This document shows positions 42,572 to 54,823 of a stretch of DNA of 64,000 nucleotides, in pieces. Under the pieces are notes generated by a model. The model made no database searches, was not told the origin of the DNA, and was given only the letters and a program-made list of their open reading frames with translations. Numbering within the stretch: the first letter of the stretch is position 1; each line of letters begins with the position of its first letter. Source of the DNA: an uncultured Candidatus Saccharibacteria bacterium (GTDB lineage Bacteria; Patescibacteriota; Minisyncoccia; Phycocordibacterales; UBA9973). The DNA is taken from NCBI GenBank assembly GCA_964527185.1, contig CAZGOI010000002.1:31513-95512 (forward strand), read 5' to 3'. The translations under genes were made by a program, and so were the position numbers.

Positions 42572-43582
42572 ATGAATAAAGCTTTAAAATTCTTGAAACA
42601 TCTGTTTATCCCACATAAACACAATGATTTCAAACCCCATTTTTTTCGAGAATTGTCGGTGACTGTTATAACCGGTGTTCTTATTGTCGTACTTGCTTTT
42701 TCGGTTGGTAGCAACATATATATAGAGCGTAACAATTTGGTAGCCACTGTTTTACCGGCAGTACTTGTTGACCTAACCAATACTGCTCGAACTTCTGACA
42801 ATGAACTTCCGCTTACACGAAACTCAGTTCTCGATAGGGCTGCCCAAATGAAAGCCAACGATATGGCCCAATACAACTATTTTGCTCACACTAGCCCTAT
42901 CGGCGTCACACCATGGTATTGGTTCGATAAAGTTGGATACTATTTTATATATGCTGGAGAGAACCTTGCGATAAATTTCGATGAATCAAGCGATGTCGAA
43001 ACCGCTTGGCTCAATTCACCTGGCCACCGAGCCAATATTCTAAATACTAAATTTACAGAGATAGGCATTGCCACGGCCCAAGGTATGTATCAAGGCAATC
43101 AGACCACTTATGTCGTGCAGATGTTTGGGACGCCTTCGATCCCAACCGCAGAAGTTGAAACCCCTGCCAACGTAACACCTATTAAAAAGGTAACTAGCAA
43201 GCCAAAGGCCGTTGCTCTAGTCCCAGCCGTTAAAGGAGCTTCTGTTTCGGCTGTGAAAAATTTGCAAACCATAACTGACACCAAAGATTTTGTTTCTGTA
43301 TTCAACAAAGACGCTGCGCTAAACGCAACGCCAGCAGCCAACCCATCAAATACAAAATATTCCTCTTGGACAGATCGCTTTGTTTTTCTAACTCCAAAAT
43401 ACGCCGACAAAATTTATAAAGTCATAATGTATGTAGTGATAGCCGCGCTCCTTATCATGGTCTTTGCTGAAATACGCATTCAACACAAAAAAAATATTAC
43501 TTATGGAATATTACTCATTGTGATTATATTTTGTCTCATATATCTAAATAGAGTGCTCCTTATGCCCGATTTTCTTGTTTAA
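42572..43582 (+). CDS. CAP/SCP (YkwD-like) domain membrane protein
   Basis: YFAHTSP, AGENLA, WLNSPGHRANIL, VVQMFG; TMs at both ends. Confidence 0.9.
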   Translation: MNKALKFLKHLFIPHKHNDFKPHFFRELSVTVITGVLIVVLAFSVGSNIYIERNNLVATVLPAVLVDLTNTARTSDNELPLTRNSVLDRAAQMKANDMAQYNYFAHTSPIGVTPWYWFDKVGYYFIYAGENLAINFDESSDVETAWLNSPGHRANILNTKFTEIGIATAQGMYQGNQTTYVVQMFGTPSIPTAEVETPANVTPIKKVTSKPKAVALVPAVKGASVSAVKNLQTITDTKDFVSVFNKDAALNATPAANPSNTKYSSWTDRFVFLTPKYADKIYKVIMYVVIAALLIMVFAEIRIQHKKNITYGILLIVIIFCLIYLNRVLLMPDFLV

Positions 43583-43767
43583 CCTTTATAAAGTAAGTAT
43601 TGAAAAATGTGCACAACTTGTGCACATTTTTCGTATTGACGGATTAGACTGGTTAAGTAGAATGGGCTTAACTGCCCGAAGTGGGTGATTTGACCAAGCG
43701 GGCCCCCTGTGTTCTCTCTAGGCATTATTAACTAATTTATTAGGTCATTATTTTAATATAAATTTTT

Positions 43768-46700
43768 ATGAAAAATCTTCTTCCGAAGTTTTTAGTTTCA
43801 GTATTTGCAGTCGCGTTTACATTTTCATTTTTTGCCAAAGTTGGAGCAGATGGTACACCAACTCTTTCAACAGATAAAGATAAATATTCTGTCGGCGATA
43901 CAATGATCATAACAGGTACTAACTTTACTCCAAATGGTACAGTTACCGTTACCGTGTTGAGGCCAGACCATGCAACCGACACCCTGCCTGATATTACCGC
44001 GGATGCAAATGGTGGATTTGTGACAAATTATGTTCCATCAGACTTTACATCTCCTGAACCAGGCAGATACAAACTAACTGCAACCGATGGTACAAATGCC
44101 GCTAAAACTGCAGCCACAGAAGCTGATGCCATTGGTTACAACAAAGGTGTCTATAATAAAGGAACAACTTCTCCAAGTGATAATACAGGAGTTTGGACTA
44201 CTGGAAATGCAGGAAGTCATTATTTAGAAAATCAATGGGCTTATTATCAATATGAGATAACTGGAGTTCCTAATAGTTCGGGAATTCCTAGTTTTGATGT
44301 TTCTTTCAATCACTTTCAATCAAATACTAATGCACTATTTATTGATGCCTTTGCTAATTTCAGAGTATGCGTAGACTGTACTGATCAAAGTCACTCAAGT
44401 GGTCCACAACAAGGAATGTTGAATGACGGGGTCCCATATCCTTCTGCTTCAAGCACAAACTGGATTTCTGTTCCTGCAACTTCTGCTTCTTCTGGTGCAC
44501 CCATTAATCATGTAAACAATAATTTTAATTCTAATGTATGTGGAGGTTTAGATGCAGTAAATACTCCAGGAGCTGATCATTGTTTCCATGTTGATGGAGC
44601 TGCATTAGGTACACTATTAGGTAATTTAGGATCAGGAGGTAATCACACAATAACAATATTCTACGAAGCTCATTTAGCTTCAACTGCAGCTTGGCACAGT
44701 GGTAACGAAAATTTGTTAAATACCCACGGTGCATACTACGTGTCTCCAGGTCCTGAAGTTTTACCAGTAGATACAGCATATGGGACTGACAACTACTCTA
44801 GTTGGACTTCATCTTCTTTCTTTGGTGTAGGTTCGGCTACTGGTTCATCAAGACATTTCAATATAAATAACCAAACTGCAGGGTCAAATGGTGGATTATC
44901 ACTTCCTATTCCTACAGTTCCACCAGCGAATGCCTCAATCACACTAGACAAAGTTACTTCTCCTTCAGGAGATCAGACATTATTTAATTTTAGTACCACT
45001 GGTTTACCTACGCCTACCAATCCTTCTTTAGCTGATGCCACCCCTCCCGTTGTTTGGTCTAATTTAGCTGCAAATACTTATACTATAACAGAAGGCACCG
45101 TTCCATTTTGGCAATTAACAAGTAAAAATTGTACTGGAGGTAGCCAATCTACAGTAATTACACAAATAACCAACGGAGTTTCCATTGCCCTTGCAGCAGG
45201 TGACAATATTGTTTGTACTTTTAACAACACCAAATCACAATCTCCAATTCCTCCGACTATCACTACTGCAATTCACAACGCTACTCATCAAACAGTTACT
45301 ACTGCAGCGCTTGGTGATGTTGTACACGACAGCGTGCATGTTTCTGGTGCACAAGGAACTCCTACAGGAACAGTAACTTTCGACTTCTTCAACAATGGAA
45401 CATGTACAGCTCCTGCTGCAGTCCCAACATCTTCTGCATTCACTCTTGATGGAAGCGGTAACTTTGACGCAACAACATTTACACAAACATTAAATAATGC
45501 TGGTTCCTATTCGTTCAAGGCTCATTATTCAGGCGATAGTGCCTATACACCGCTAGATGGACCATGCGAACCTCTTACTGTAAATAAAGGAACGCTTGGC
45601 ATTTCTACTACTCTACTATTTACTTCACCTCTAGCAATTAATTCGAGCGCGCAAGACTCTGCGACTGTCACTGGAATTGTAAATGGAGTTAACCCTACCA
45701 ACCAAGTCACTTTCAACTTTTTCACTAATGGAACTTGTGCATCAACAGGGGCTCCATCTGGTGGAGGTGCTGTAACATTTGCCGTTCCGACTGTTAATTC
45801 AAATTCCCAAGGCCCGCTTGGTCCAGGAAGTTACTCGTTCAATGCAACCATAACAGGTGATTCTAATTACAACCCTGCTACTGTGACCAGTAGCTGTGAA
45901 CCATTCACGGTCAGTAAGGGTACAACCATAACTTCGACAACATTGAAAAACGTCGCAGGTAATTCGACTATTCCTAATGGGTCCCATTTGCCGCTTGGAA
46001 GTTCAGTCTATGATACTACTTCGGTAACTCCGACTCCGGCTGGAACGCCAACCGGAACTGTAACTTACCAATTCTACACAGGCTCACTAACCTGCGCAGG
46101 CTCACCAACAACTGAAACTCTCCCAGTTGGAACCCAATCTTCTAATCACAACGCACTCGGGGCAGGTGATTATGGCTTCGTCGCGGTTTATTCAGGAGAT
46201 AGCAACTACTCAGGGTCTACTGGTGCTTGCGAACCATTTACAATTGATAAAGCTCAACTCGCCATTTCAACCACAGTCCACGATGAAAATCATACAGATA
46301 AGACCAATGCCAATGTTCCAATCAATTCTATTATGCACGACACAGCCACAGTAACTGGTGGAGTAAATGGGTTCCAAGTTCCAGCAGTAAGTTTCACTCT
46401 TACTTCTGGTTACACCAGCTCTTGTTCAACAGGTGCAGTAGTAGCTAACAATGGTATAGAAGGAGGAGCAGTTAAGTCTGCGGATAGCGTAGCACTTGGC
46501 GCAGGAAGTTATGCATACATGGCAAGTGTTACAGGAGACAATAACTATCTGGGAGCAACTGGCATCTGTGAACCTTTTACTGTTAATAAAGCATCTCCTT
46601 CTATATCGACAACGCTTTCAGCTGGCTCAGTAAATGCCGGTACAATGGTGCACGATTCTTCAACACTTTCTAATGCGACATCAAATGCTGGCGGAACGGT

Positions 46701-49700
46701 TACTTATACTGTTTATACAGACAGCTCTTGCACCCAAGGGGCACAACCTGCTGGTGTGAAAACAGTCACAAATGGATCGGTGCCAGATTCTGACCCACTA
46801 ACATTCAATACACCAGGAGATTATTATTGGCAAGCAATATATTCTGGCGATGCCAACAACAACGGTGCCACTAGTAACTGTGTAGACGAACACCTAGTGG
46901 TAAATAAAATTAATTCAACGACTGTAACTGTAATACATAATACATCCGAGCAAGTTGTCACTTCAATCGATGCGGGTTCAACTGTTCACGATAAAGCAAC
47001 TGTAACTGGTTCTGGTCCAATACCAACTGGCACAGTTACATTTAATTGGTTTATTAATAATTCCTGCACGGTTCCAGCAGGATCTACTTCAACTCCGCAA
47101 ACTCTCTCGGGTGGCATGGTAGATGCAACGAGTTTCTCACAAGGCCCCCTCGGCGCAGGCAACTACTCTTTCCAAGCAATTTATTCAGGAGACAATATTT
47201 ATAATGGATCAACAGGAAATTGCGAACCTCTAACAGTAAACAAAGTTACTCCAAGCCTCTCAACCGAGATCCATGATGTTTCTGAAGCAGTAGTAAATTC
47301 AGTTGCATTGGGTTCCAGTGTTCATGACAAAGCTACTATCTCTGGCGGTTACAATCCAAGTGGTAATGTAACATTTACCTTCTTCAATAATGGCACTTGT
47401 GCTCCTGCCGGTACCGATGCTGGTACAGTAGCCCTATCCGGCGGGGTTGCCCATCCATCCAATTCCCAAGGTCCTCTCGGCGCAGGCAGCTACTCTTTCC
47501 AAGCTCATTACAATGGAGATAACAGCAACAATGCTGTTGACGCACAGTGTGAATCTCTAAATGTAAACAAGGCTCAACTTTCAATATCAACCACAGTCCA
47601 CGATGCTTCGCATACAGTAATTGCTGACAATGCACATGTGGCGCTCGGAACTATGGCTCACGATAATGCAACCGTAACAGGGGGAGTTGCTGGCTTTGCG
47701 CTTCCTGCAATTTCGTTCAACTTCGACAGTCTAGCAATCGCAAATGGTTCAACGGATGCAGGTTTCGATGCAACATCAGTTGCAACGAGCGCTCTTACGC
47801 CTGGCCCTCACAAATTCAACGCTACGGTTGCAGGCGATAATAACTATCTTGGCGCAACAAGTTCTGATGAACCGTTTGTAGTTGATCAGGGTGCGACTGT
47901 CACAGCTACAGTTCTTAAAAATGCTTTAGGTGATGCGACAATCGACAATGGATCAAATGTTCCTCTCGGTACATCCGTTTACGACACAGCTACAGTCACC
48001 CCAACTCCGGCTGGAACGCCAACCGGAACTGTAACTTACCAATTCTATTCTGCGGTTGCTTGTAGTGGTTCTCATGTTGATCAAGTTGTAAATCTCTCAG
48101 CTGGTTTAGTTCCAAATTCTTCTAACCAAACATCACTTGTCTCTGGTGACTACGGATTTGTCGCAGTCTACTCAGGAGACTCAAACTACACAGGTTCTAC
48201 GGGTGCTTGCGAACCATTCCATGTAAATAAAGGTCAACTCACGGTAAGTACAACAATTCATGATGTAAATCATAATCCAACGACAAGCGCTGCATTGGGT
48301 TCAGTTGTTCATGATACTGCGTCTATCGGCGGTCAAGTTGATTCTATAGCTCCAACAGGTGCTGTAACATTCACATTTGGTTCAACTTGTGGGCAAGGCG
48401 CGATTGCAACCGACCCAAACCTAGATTCAGGCAATTCCCGATCGGTGGATACATCTCCTCTTGCTGCAGGGTCATATAATTTCCAAGCTTCAGTTGCCGG
48501 GGATGCAAACTATGACGGCGCAACTTCTAGTTGCGAACCGCTTACGATAAACAAAGCTCAACTCACTATTTCAACCACAGTTCACGATTCAGCTCATAAC
48601 GACATTACCAATGGTTCTATAGGTGTTGGCTCAACCGCTCACGACAACGCGACTGTAACTGGTGGAGTCGCTGGCTTCCCACTTCCTACAACTTCATTCA
48701 CATTTGATGGGGGAGCAATAGGAAACTCTGCAAGCCCAGAAGCTTCATTTAGTGCAACATCTGTTGATACAAGTGCACTTGCTGTAGGTAATCACAAATT
48801 CAATGCAACAGTAGCAAGTAGTGATAATTATCTCGGAGCAACAAGTGCAGATGAGCCATTTAGTGTTGTCGATGGCAATCTTTCGATTTCTCCAGCAACT
48901 GCAACAAACGCAGTAAATCAACCACACACCATAACTGCAACTGTTACCAAAAATGACGGTAGTGGTTCAACTCCAGCTATTGGTGTTCTCGTAACATTCT
49001 CTATTCCTTCTGGCTCAGCGACATTTGTCGGGGGAGTAAATACTTGTACAACAAATGCATCTGGTCAGTGTTCTGTTCAGATTAACTCTCTAACAACTGG
49101 TGCAAATACAATCCACGCGACAACAACGTTTAGCGTTGGAGGAGTAAGCCTAACTCGTACAACAGGAGACGGGCTTTCAGGCGATAGTGCTGATGCAAGT
49201 AAGACTTATGTAGATGCGAATATTCAAATCACTCCAGGCACTGCAACAAACAGGATCAATGCTGTACACACTCTAACGCTTCATGTGAATGTGAACGACG
49301 GATCAGGTTTTGTGAATGCTCCAGACAGTACAGTAATAAATGTTTCAAAAGTTAGTGGCCCGGGTAATCTCAGTACTACTAGTTGCACAACTTCTGGTGG
49401 AACGGGCTCATGTACTGATACATTAACTTCGTCAACTTCAGGTACAACAGTAGTTAATGGTTCTGTAACTATTAGCGTCGGTGGAGTAAGTCTCACTCGT
49501 GCAACAGGGGATGCCAACGTAGGCGACAGTGCTAATGCACAAAAGACTTGGATCAATCCTCATACTACAATTTCTGTAAATGCATTCACCCAAGAAACTA
49601 CACAAGGCGAGAATGTAATGCTCACTATATCTGACAAAAATGATGGAGATGTTCCTCTTACTAACGATACTGTAACTCTCACTTACGGATCAACAACAAT

Positions 49701-50400
49701 AGTACTCGATAAAAATTCTTCAAACTTCACAGGCGATAACGGTAATGGAATTATGGATCCAGGAGAAACGTGGACTTGGGTTGTAAACATTGTTATAACT
49801 TCCGACACAACATTCAACGTGGCAGGAGATGGTACTGATCCTCTAAATCTTCATGTCTCACCGACCACAGGATTCCCAAGTGAAGGTAGTTCGATAACAG
49901 TTAACATATCTAAGACTACTCGAACCCTCGGATTCTGGCAGACACATACGACGTTCACTTCTTCAGTATTTAGTACATTCTTCTCTGGAGGTATGCCAAT
50001 TGGTACAGTACCGCACAAGGGTGTCATAACAAACATTCAGTTACCTGGTCAGAGTCAATTATTCGGAGGATTCTATGCATCAATTCCTAAAACAACTACC
50101 GGTGCAAAACGCTCTGGCCTAGATAAAGCTCGAGTACAAATGCTCCAGCAATTGCTCGGCGCCAAACTCAACTGCGCAGCCTTTGGGTGTGGAACATCAA
50201 CCATGAGTTTGATCTCGCAAGCTGATGCAGCATACGCTGGAAGCAATGCAAACTTGATTAATTCTTTAACTGGCCAGCTCGATGCATATAACAACTCTGG
50301 TGACACTGGGGCAATTCCTTCAGGACTACCTCCAACAGGAAAGGCAACCCCAAAGAATTCACAAGCTATCGCAAATCTAGCTTTCTGGGATCTTCCTTAA
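43768..50400 (+). CDS. Giant secreted surface protein (2210 aa) with tandem Ig-like repeats
   Basis: Signal peptide; about ten repeats of T.H...G..VHD.ATV...PTGTVTF...C...G.Y.F.A.Y.GD.NY...CEP..V.K; Thr/Ser/Gly-rich. Confidence 0.88.
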   Translation: MKNLLPKFLVSVFAVAFTFSFFAKVGADGTPTLSTDKDKYSVGDTMIITGTNFTPNGTVTVTVLRPDHATDTLPDITADANGGFVTNYVPSDFTSPEPGRYKLTATDGTNAAKTAATEADAIGYNKGVYNKGTTSPSDNTGVWTTGNAGSHYLENQWAYYQYEITGVPNSSGIPSFDVSFNHFQSNTNALFIDAFANFRVCVDCTDQSHSSGPQQGMLNDGVPYPSASSTNWISVPATSASSGAPINHVNNNFNSNVCGGLDAVNTPGADHCFHVDGAALGTLLGNLGSGGNHTITIFYEAHLASTAAWHSGNENLLNTHGAYYVSPGPEVLPVDTAYGTDNYSSWTSSSFFGVGSATGSSRHFNINNQTAGSNGGLSLPIPTVPPANASITLDKVTSPSGDQTLFNFSTTGLPTPTNPSLADATPPVVWSNLAANTYTITEGTVPFWQLTSKNCTGGSQSTVITQITNGVSIALAAGDNIVCTFNNTKSQSPIPPTITTAIHNATHQTVTTAALGDVVHDSVHVSGAQGTPTGTVTFDFFNNGTCTAPAAVPTSSAFTLDGSGNFDATTFTQTLNNAGSYSFKAHYSGDSAYTPLDGPCEPLTVNKGTLGISTTLLFTSPLAINSSAQDSATVTGIVNGVNPTNQVTFNFFTNGTCASTGAPSGGGAVTFAVPTVNSNSQGPLGPGSYSFNATITGDSNYNPATVTSSCEPFTVSKGTTITSTTLKNVAGNSTIPNGSHLPLGSSVYDTTSVTPTPAGTPTGTVTYQFYTGSLTCAGSPTTETLPVGTQSSNHNALGAGDYGFVAVYSGDSNYSGSTGACEPFTIDKAQLAISTTVHDENHTDKTNANVPINSIMHDTATVTGGVNGFQVPAVSFTLTSGYTSSCSTGAVVANNGIEGGAVKSADSVALGAGSYAYMASVTGDNNYLGATGICEPFTVNKASPSISTTLSAGSVNAGTMVHDSSTLSNATSNAGGTVTYTVYTDSSCTQGAQPAGVKTVTNGSVPDSDPLTFNTPGDYYWQAIYSGDANNNGATSNCVDEHLVVNKINSTTVTVIHNTSEQVVTSIDAGSTVHDKATVTGSGPIPTGTVTFNWFINNSCTVPAGSTSTPQTLSGGMVDATSFSQGPLGAGNYSFQAIYSGDNIYNGSTGNCEPLTVNKVTPSLSTEIHDVSEAVVNSVALGSSVHDKATISGGYNPSGNVTFTFFNNGTCAPAGTDAGTVALSGGVAHPSNSQGPLGAGSYSFQAHYNGDNSNNAVDAQCESLNVNKAQLSISTTVHDASHTVIADNAHVALGTMAHDNATVTGGVAGFALPAISFNFDSLAIANGSTDAGFDATSVATSALTPGPHKFNATVAGDNNYLGATSSDEPFVVDQGATVTATVLKNALGDATIDNGSNVPLGTSVYDTATVTPTPAGTPTGTVTYQFYSAVACSGSHVDQVVNLSAGLVPNSSNQTSLVSGDYGFVAVYSGDSNYTGSTGACEPFHVNKGQLTVSTTIHDVNHNPTTSAALGSVVHDTASIGGQVDSIAPTGAVTFTFGSTCGQGAIATDPNLDSGNSRSVDTSPLAAGSYNFQASVAGDANYDGATSSCEPLTINKAQLTISTTVHDSAHNDITNGSIGVGSTAHDNATVTGGVAGFPLPTTSFTFDGGAIGNSASPEASFSATSVDTSALAVGNHKFNATVASSDNYLGATSADEPFSVVDGNLSISPATATNAVNQPHTITATVTKNDGSGSTPAIGVLVTFSIPSGSATFVGGVNTCTTNASGQCSVQINSLTTGANTIHATTTFSVGGVSLTRTTGDGLSGDSADASKTYVDANIQITPGTATNRINAVHTLTLHVNVNDGSGFVNAPDSTVINVSKVSGPGNLSTTSCTTSGGTGSCTDTLTSSTSGTTVVNGSVTISVGGVSLTRATGDANVGDSANAQKTWINPHTTISVNAFTQETTQGENVMLTISDKNDGDVPLTNDTVTLTYGSTTIVLDKNSSNFTGDNGNGIMDPGETWTWVVNIVITSDTTFNVAGDGTDPLNLHVSPTTGFPSEGSSITVNISKTTRTLGFWQTHTTFTSSVFSTFFSGGMPIGTVPHKGVITNIQLPGQSQLFGGFYASIPKTTTGAKRSGLDKARVQMLQQLLGAKLNCAAFGCGTSTMSLISQADAAYAGSNANLINSLTGQLDAYNNSGDTGAIPSGLPPTGKATPKNSQAIANLAFWDLP

Positions 50401-50414
50401 GGTTCATAGAACTG

Positions 50415-50447
50415 CTTAAAAACCCCCATAAATTGAGGGTTTTTAAG
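50415..50447. terminator. Intrinsic terminator
   Basis: CTTAAAAACCC...GGGTTTTTAAG. Confidence 0.7.
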
Positions 50448-50508
50448 TGATTGATTTAGAAATGAAGCAGTTGTACAATATAGGCATATAAATTAACCCG
50501 TAACATAT

Positions 50509-51186
50509 ATGAAAAATAAAAAAATTATCCTCCCATCATTCTTGATTATAGCTTTGTTTGGTTTTGTAAACTTTGCGAAGGCAGATTTGAATGTCGGTGG
50601 TACTGTCGATGTAAAAACCGGCACAAGCGTTAATGCTGGTGGAGTAAAAACAAATAGCGATACCGAAGTAAATGGAAGCAGTGATGTCAAAACAGAGGAC
50701 AACAATAAATCGACCGATAACGCAGAGTACGATAAAAATGATTCGAAAGACAAAGAAGACCAGGGTGACGATGATACAAACGAAAAAAGCGATGTGGCCA
50801 AATTTGTTTCAGCTTTAAAGAGTATTGCAGACAAGGACAAAAAAATTGGTGGGGAAGTTAGCGCGGTAGCTACAGCTCAAAGCGATTCAGACGATGTTAA
50901 AATCGAGGCTATGGACAAAATCAAGACTCGCGGTGGCTTTAAAACATTTCTAATTGGAACAGATTATACAAGTATTGGTGTTCTAAGAAGTACTTTAGTT
51001 ACAACGCAAAATAGCATCGATAGGTTGACAAAAGCCATGGCAAGTGTTACCGACGCGTCGGTCAAAGCCCAACTTGCCGCAGAAATAAAGGTTTTGCAAG
51101 ACAATCAGGTAAAAGTCGATGCATTTATAAAGGCAAACGAAGGTAAATTCAGCCTCTTCGGTTGGCTCGCCAGAATATTCGAATAA
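50509..51186 (+). CDS. Secreted hypothetical protein with acidic linker and helical C-domain
   Basis: Signal peptide, ends FSLFGWLARIFE. Confidence 0.7.
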   Translation: MKNKKIILPSFLIIALFGFVNFAKADLNVGGTVDVKTGTSVNAGGVKTNSDTEVNGSSDVKTEDNNKSTDNAEYDKNDSKDKEDQGDDDTNEKSDVAKFVSALKSIADKDKKIGGEVSAVATAQSDSDDVKIEAMDKIKTRGGFKTFLIGTDYTSIGVLRSTLVTTQNSIDRLTKAMASVTDASVKAQLAAEIKVLQDNQVKVDAFIKANEGKFSLFGWLARIFE

Positions 51187-51201
51187 ATAAAATATATAGA
51201 T

Positions 51202-51591
51202 ATGGATACACCAAATACAACAAACACGAACTCTACAAATCAAAATCAATCACAAAATCAAAATTCAATGTCTAACAATGCCGAAGGTTTAAAACCAAAT
51301 GTAGCAGCAGCACTGTCGTATGTTTTGGGTTTTATAACTGGTTTGATATTTTATCTTATTTCAAAAAATAAATTTGTTCGCTTCCACGCCATGCAATCTT
51401 TATCTCTAGCGGTAATTGTCTTTCTAGCAACTTGGATATTTAGATTTATGTTCGTCTACGGGTTGTGGTTCATGAGCCCGCTTGTAAATTTGCTATACCT
51501 AGTTTTATCGATAGTACTCATCGTCAAAGCTTACAACAATGAGATGTATAAACTTCCTATAATAGGGGATTTTGCAGAAAAACACTTGTAA
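51202..51591 (+). CDS. DUF4870-like membrane protein
   Basis: AAALSYVLG, FVRFHAMQS, YKLPIIG. Confidence 0.82.
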   Translation: MDTPNTTNTNSTNQNQSQNQNSMSNNAEGLKPNVAAALSYVLGFITGLIFYLISKNKFVRFHAMQSLSLAVIVFLATWIFRFMFVYGLWFMSPLVNLLYLVLSIVLIVKAYNNEMYKLPIIGDFAEKHL

Positions 51592-51730
51592 AATATATCA
51601 ATATTTTATCCACCGGGTTATCCGAGTCATCGCTATTGACACATTTAAAAATTTTAGTAGAATGCCAATATCAATGTTTAGGTAGTCTTTTAGCCAGTTT
51701 TATCAATTGTTTATAAGCCTTTAGAAGTCT

Positions 51731-54700
51731 ATGAAAAAAAATCTATTTAAGTTTGTGGCATATTTCGCTTTTTTGTTAAGCGTTGCTTTACCTTTCTCCG
51801 CTAGTGCTGATGGGTCGGTTGCCATTACAGAAATAAATGGTCAGCCACCTGGTGCTACATGTCTAGTTAGTCCGATCACCATCACAGTCGACGGTACCAA
51901 CGGCTCGCAGAATGGCGGAAATTATTTCGTCGATGTAAATTGGGGAGATGGAAATGTAGATGCAAATATTGCTACTGGTGGTAAAGGCGCAACCTTTCAT
52001 TTTACTCGAACCCACACAATGACTGCAGTCAGTACCGGTCTGTCGGTATTACTCCACCACTCAAGCGCTTCAGGCAACGATAGTCACTTTACCTTGAGTA
52101 ACCTCTGCTCTGTCCCTCCGACAACAGCAGTCCTGACCGTCATTAAACATGTCGTAAATGACAATGGTGGTTCGGCGGTAGCTTCTAGTTTTCAAGTTCA
52201 TGTCAAGAATGCCTCAAATACAGATGTTGGTAACGGCGGTAATGGGGTTTCTAGCCCAACCTCTGGAGCAGAAGCACCCGGCAAGGACTTTATAATAACG
52301 CCTAACGGCGGGGCATATACAGTGAGCGAAAATCCTTTTTCTGGCTATACTCAAACAGGTATATCTTGTATGAATCTGACAGACAACACACCTGTTAGTA
52401 ACGGCGTCGTGTTGGTAGCTGGCAAAAACTATTCTTGTACAATCACCAACGATGATAACGTGCCAAAGATCAACCCGACCCTAACCGTTACAAATTCTCC
52501 TGTGACATACAATGGTTCGGCTCAACCAGCGACAGTTTCGGGTTCTACTACTGGTGTTGTTAGTAATGTAAAATATGATGGCTCATCTACAGTTCCTACA
52601 AATGCGGGCACATACGCAGTCACCGCAGATTTTGTGCCTACAGATACCTCAACATACAACTCTCTATCCGGTGCTTCAGCAGGATCTTTTGTAATAAATA
52701 AAGCAGATACAGTTACAAAGGTTACTTGTACTGATGTCGCCTACAATGGAACTCCACAAACTCCATGCACCGCATCGGTGACTGGCCCTGGTGGTCTAAC
52801 ACTGACCCCTACTCCTTCATATTCAAATAATATAAATGCTGGTACAGCAACTGCCAGCTATAGTTATGGTGGTAGCGTAAATTACAACGGAAGTAACGAT
52901 ATGAAAAACTTCACCATCGCTAAAGCCAACCCAACTATCACAGTTAGTGGCTACTCTGGTGTCTACGATGGAGTATCTCATGGTGCAAGTGGAAGCGCAA
53001 AAGGGGTTCTCGGTGAACCATTGAGCGGTCTTGATCTTGGTAGTAGTTTTGTCCATGTACCGGGTGGTACAGCGAATTGGAGTTTTACAGATTCAACTGG
53101 AAATTATAATAATTCAAGCAACAGTGTAAACATCGTCTTGACCGCAAGACCAGTAACCGTGACCGCCAATAATGAAGGTAAAGATTTTGGTCAATCTGAT
53201 CCAACTCTGACAGCTAGTGTAACAAGTGGGTCTCTTGTAGGCGCAGATGTTTTGTCTGGTTCTCCTGTTCGTGACCCCGGCGAAGATGCAGGTACCTATG
53301 CCATAAACCAAGGTTCCCTTGCTCTAACTTCTGATTATAGTATGACTTTTCAACCTGGTGTATTCACAATCGGCCAGCAGACTATAAATGTAACCGCTGA
53401 TCACCAAACCAAAGTTTATGGAACAGCAGATCCAAATTTGACATACTCTGTTAGTCCATCACTCCAAGGCCCTGATACATTTTCTGGTTCACTCTCACGT
53501 TCTTCTGGGGAAAGTGTTGGCACATATGGCATCGGCCAAGGTAGCTTATCTCTCGGTTCAAACTATAACCTATCATTTACCGGCAATACTTTAGATATTA
53601 CACCAGCACCGATAACCATAACTGCTGATGCTAAGACAAAAGTTTATGGCACAATCGATCCAGCGCTCACATACCAAGTTACGAGCGGGTCTTTGGTTAA
53701 CAGCGATACGCTCTCAGGTTCTCTTACTAGAACTATCGGTGAAAGTGTTGGGACTTACCCAATAAACCAGGGAACTCTAGCTAATAGTAATTACACGATT
53801 ACCTATGCTAGTGCAAATCTAACTATTACTAAAGCTAGCCAAACAATCACATTCGATCCTCTTTCAAATAAAACAATGGGCGACCCAGATTTCACTGTTA
53901 ATGCCTCTTCAACTTCTGGTCTACCGGTGACTTTCACAGTAGATGGAAATTGTACAATTTCTGGCAATACCGTTCATGTAACAGCAGTAGGAAATTGTGA
54001 TGTCACTGCACACCAAGCTGGCGACGGCAACTTTGATGCCGCAGAAGATGTAACCCAATCTTTTACAGTCGCAACTCTAACACACACAATCACAGCTTCT
54101 GCCGGAGCAAATGGTTCAATAAATCCAAATGGCTCGGTAACTGTAGCAGACGGGACTAACCAATCCTTCACTATAGTCGCAGACTCTGGATATCATGTTA
54201 GCGATGTATCAGTTGATGATGCATCAGTTGGGGCTGTTACTAATTATGATTTTGATAATGTCACAGCTAACCACACTATATCGGCTTCATTTGCACAAGA
54301 TGAGCAAGTAGACCTTTGTCCAAATATCGAAGGTATTCAAACCACAGTACCTAGCGGCATGCACATAAATTCTGACGGCCAATGTGTTCCTGATAGCACC
54401 GGCGGCGGCGGCGGCGGTGGTGGCGGTAATGGAGGTCACCCAATTCCTCCATCAAGTGGTGGACAAGTTCTCGGCGCTTCAACATCTTGTGGCATCTATG
54501 TAGATAAGTTCTTGAGACTCGGATATAGAAATAATAAAGACGCTGTTAAGAAGCTCCAAAAATTCCTAAATGATTTTATGAAAGCAGGACTCAAGGAAGA
54601 TGGTAACTTTGGAAAGGGAACAGAAAAAGCGGTTAGAAAATTCCAAACAGCTCGCTATCAAAATGTTATTGCTCCTTGGAAAAATCTAAAAGGGCCTACT

Positions 54701-54817
54701 GGTATCTTCTATCAGACGACCCAAACAGAGGTCAACAACATAATGTGTCCAGATCTAAAGCTTCCGATCCCAGCATTAATTCCTATTGAAACCAACCCCC
54801 TTGCTCCACAGAAGTAA
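51731..54817 (+). CDS. Secreted surface protein with MBG-like/Ig repeats and C-terminal peptidoglycan-binding-like domain
   Basis: Repeats VTA..KTKVYG..DP.LTY...G.L.R..GE.VGTY.I.QG; poly-Gly linker; GQVLGA; [25 protein letters not shown]. Confidence 0.85.
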   Translation: MKKNLFKFVAYFAFLLSVALPFSASADGSVAITEINGQPPGATCLVSPITITVDGTNGSQNGGNYFVDVNWGDGNVDANIATGGKGATFHFTRTHTMTAVSTGLSVLLHHSSASGNDSHFTLSNLCSVPPTTAVLTVIKHVVNDNGGSAVASSFQVHVKNASNTDVGNGGNGVSSPTSGAEAPGKDFIITPNGGAYTVSENPFSGYTQTGISCMNLTDNTPVSNGVVLVAGKNYSCTITNDDNVPKINPTLTVTNSPVTYNGSAQPATVSGSTTGVVSNVKYDGSSTVPTNAGTYAVTADFVPTDTSTYNSLSGASAGSFVINKADTVTKVTCTDVAYNGTPQTPCTASVTGPGGLTLTPTPSYSNNINAGTATASYSYGGSVNYNGSNDMKNFTIAKANPTITVSGYSGVYDGVSHGASGSAKGVLGEPLSGLDLGSSFVHVPGGTANWSFTDSTGNYNNSSNSVNIVLTARPVTVTANNEGKDFGQSDPTLTASVTSGSLVGADVLSGSPVRDPGEDAGTYAINQGSLALTSDYSMTFQPGVFTIGQQTINVTADHQTKVYGTADPNLTYSVSPSLQGPDTFSGSLSRSSGESVGTYGIGQGSLSLGSNYNLSFTGNTLDITPAPITITADAKTKVYGTIDPALTYQVTSGSLVNSDTLSGSLTRTIGESVGTYPINQGTLANSNYTITYASANLTITKASQTITFDPLSNKTMGDPDFTVNASSTSGLPVTFTVDGNCTISGNTVHVTAVGNCDVTAHQAGDGNFDAAEDVTQSFTVATLTHTITASAGANGSINPNGSVTVADGTNQSFTIVADSGYHVSDVSVDDASVGAVTNYDFDNVTANHTISASFAQDEQVDLCPNIEGIQTTVPSGMHINSDGQCVPDSTGGGGGGGGGNGGHPIPPSSGGQVLGASTSCGIYVDKFLRLGYRNNKDAVKKLQKFLNDFMKAGLKEDGNFGKGTEKAVRKFQTARYQNVIAPWKNLKGPTGIFYQTTQTEVNNIMCPDLKLPIPALIPIETNPLAPQK

Positions 54818-54823
54818 TATAGC

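Noticed and set aside
43670-43725. GC-richer stretch upstream of the giant gene as a riboswitch
   Set aside because: No recognisable aptamer consensus; only short stems.
54401-54430. GGC repeat as a phase-variable tract
   Set aside because: An in-frame triplet repeat encoding a poly-Gly linker.
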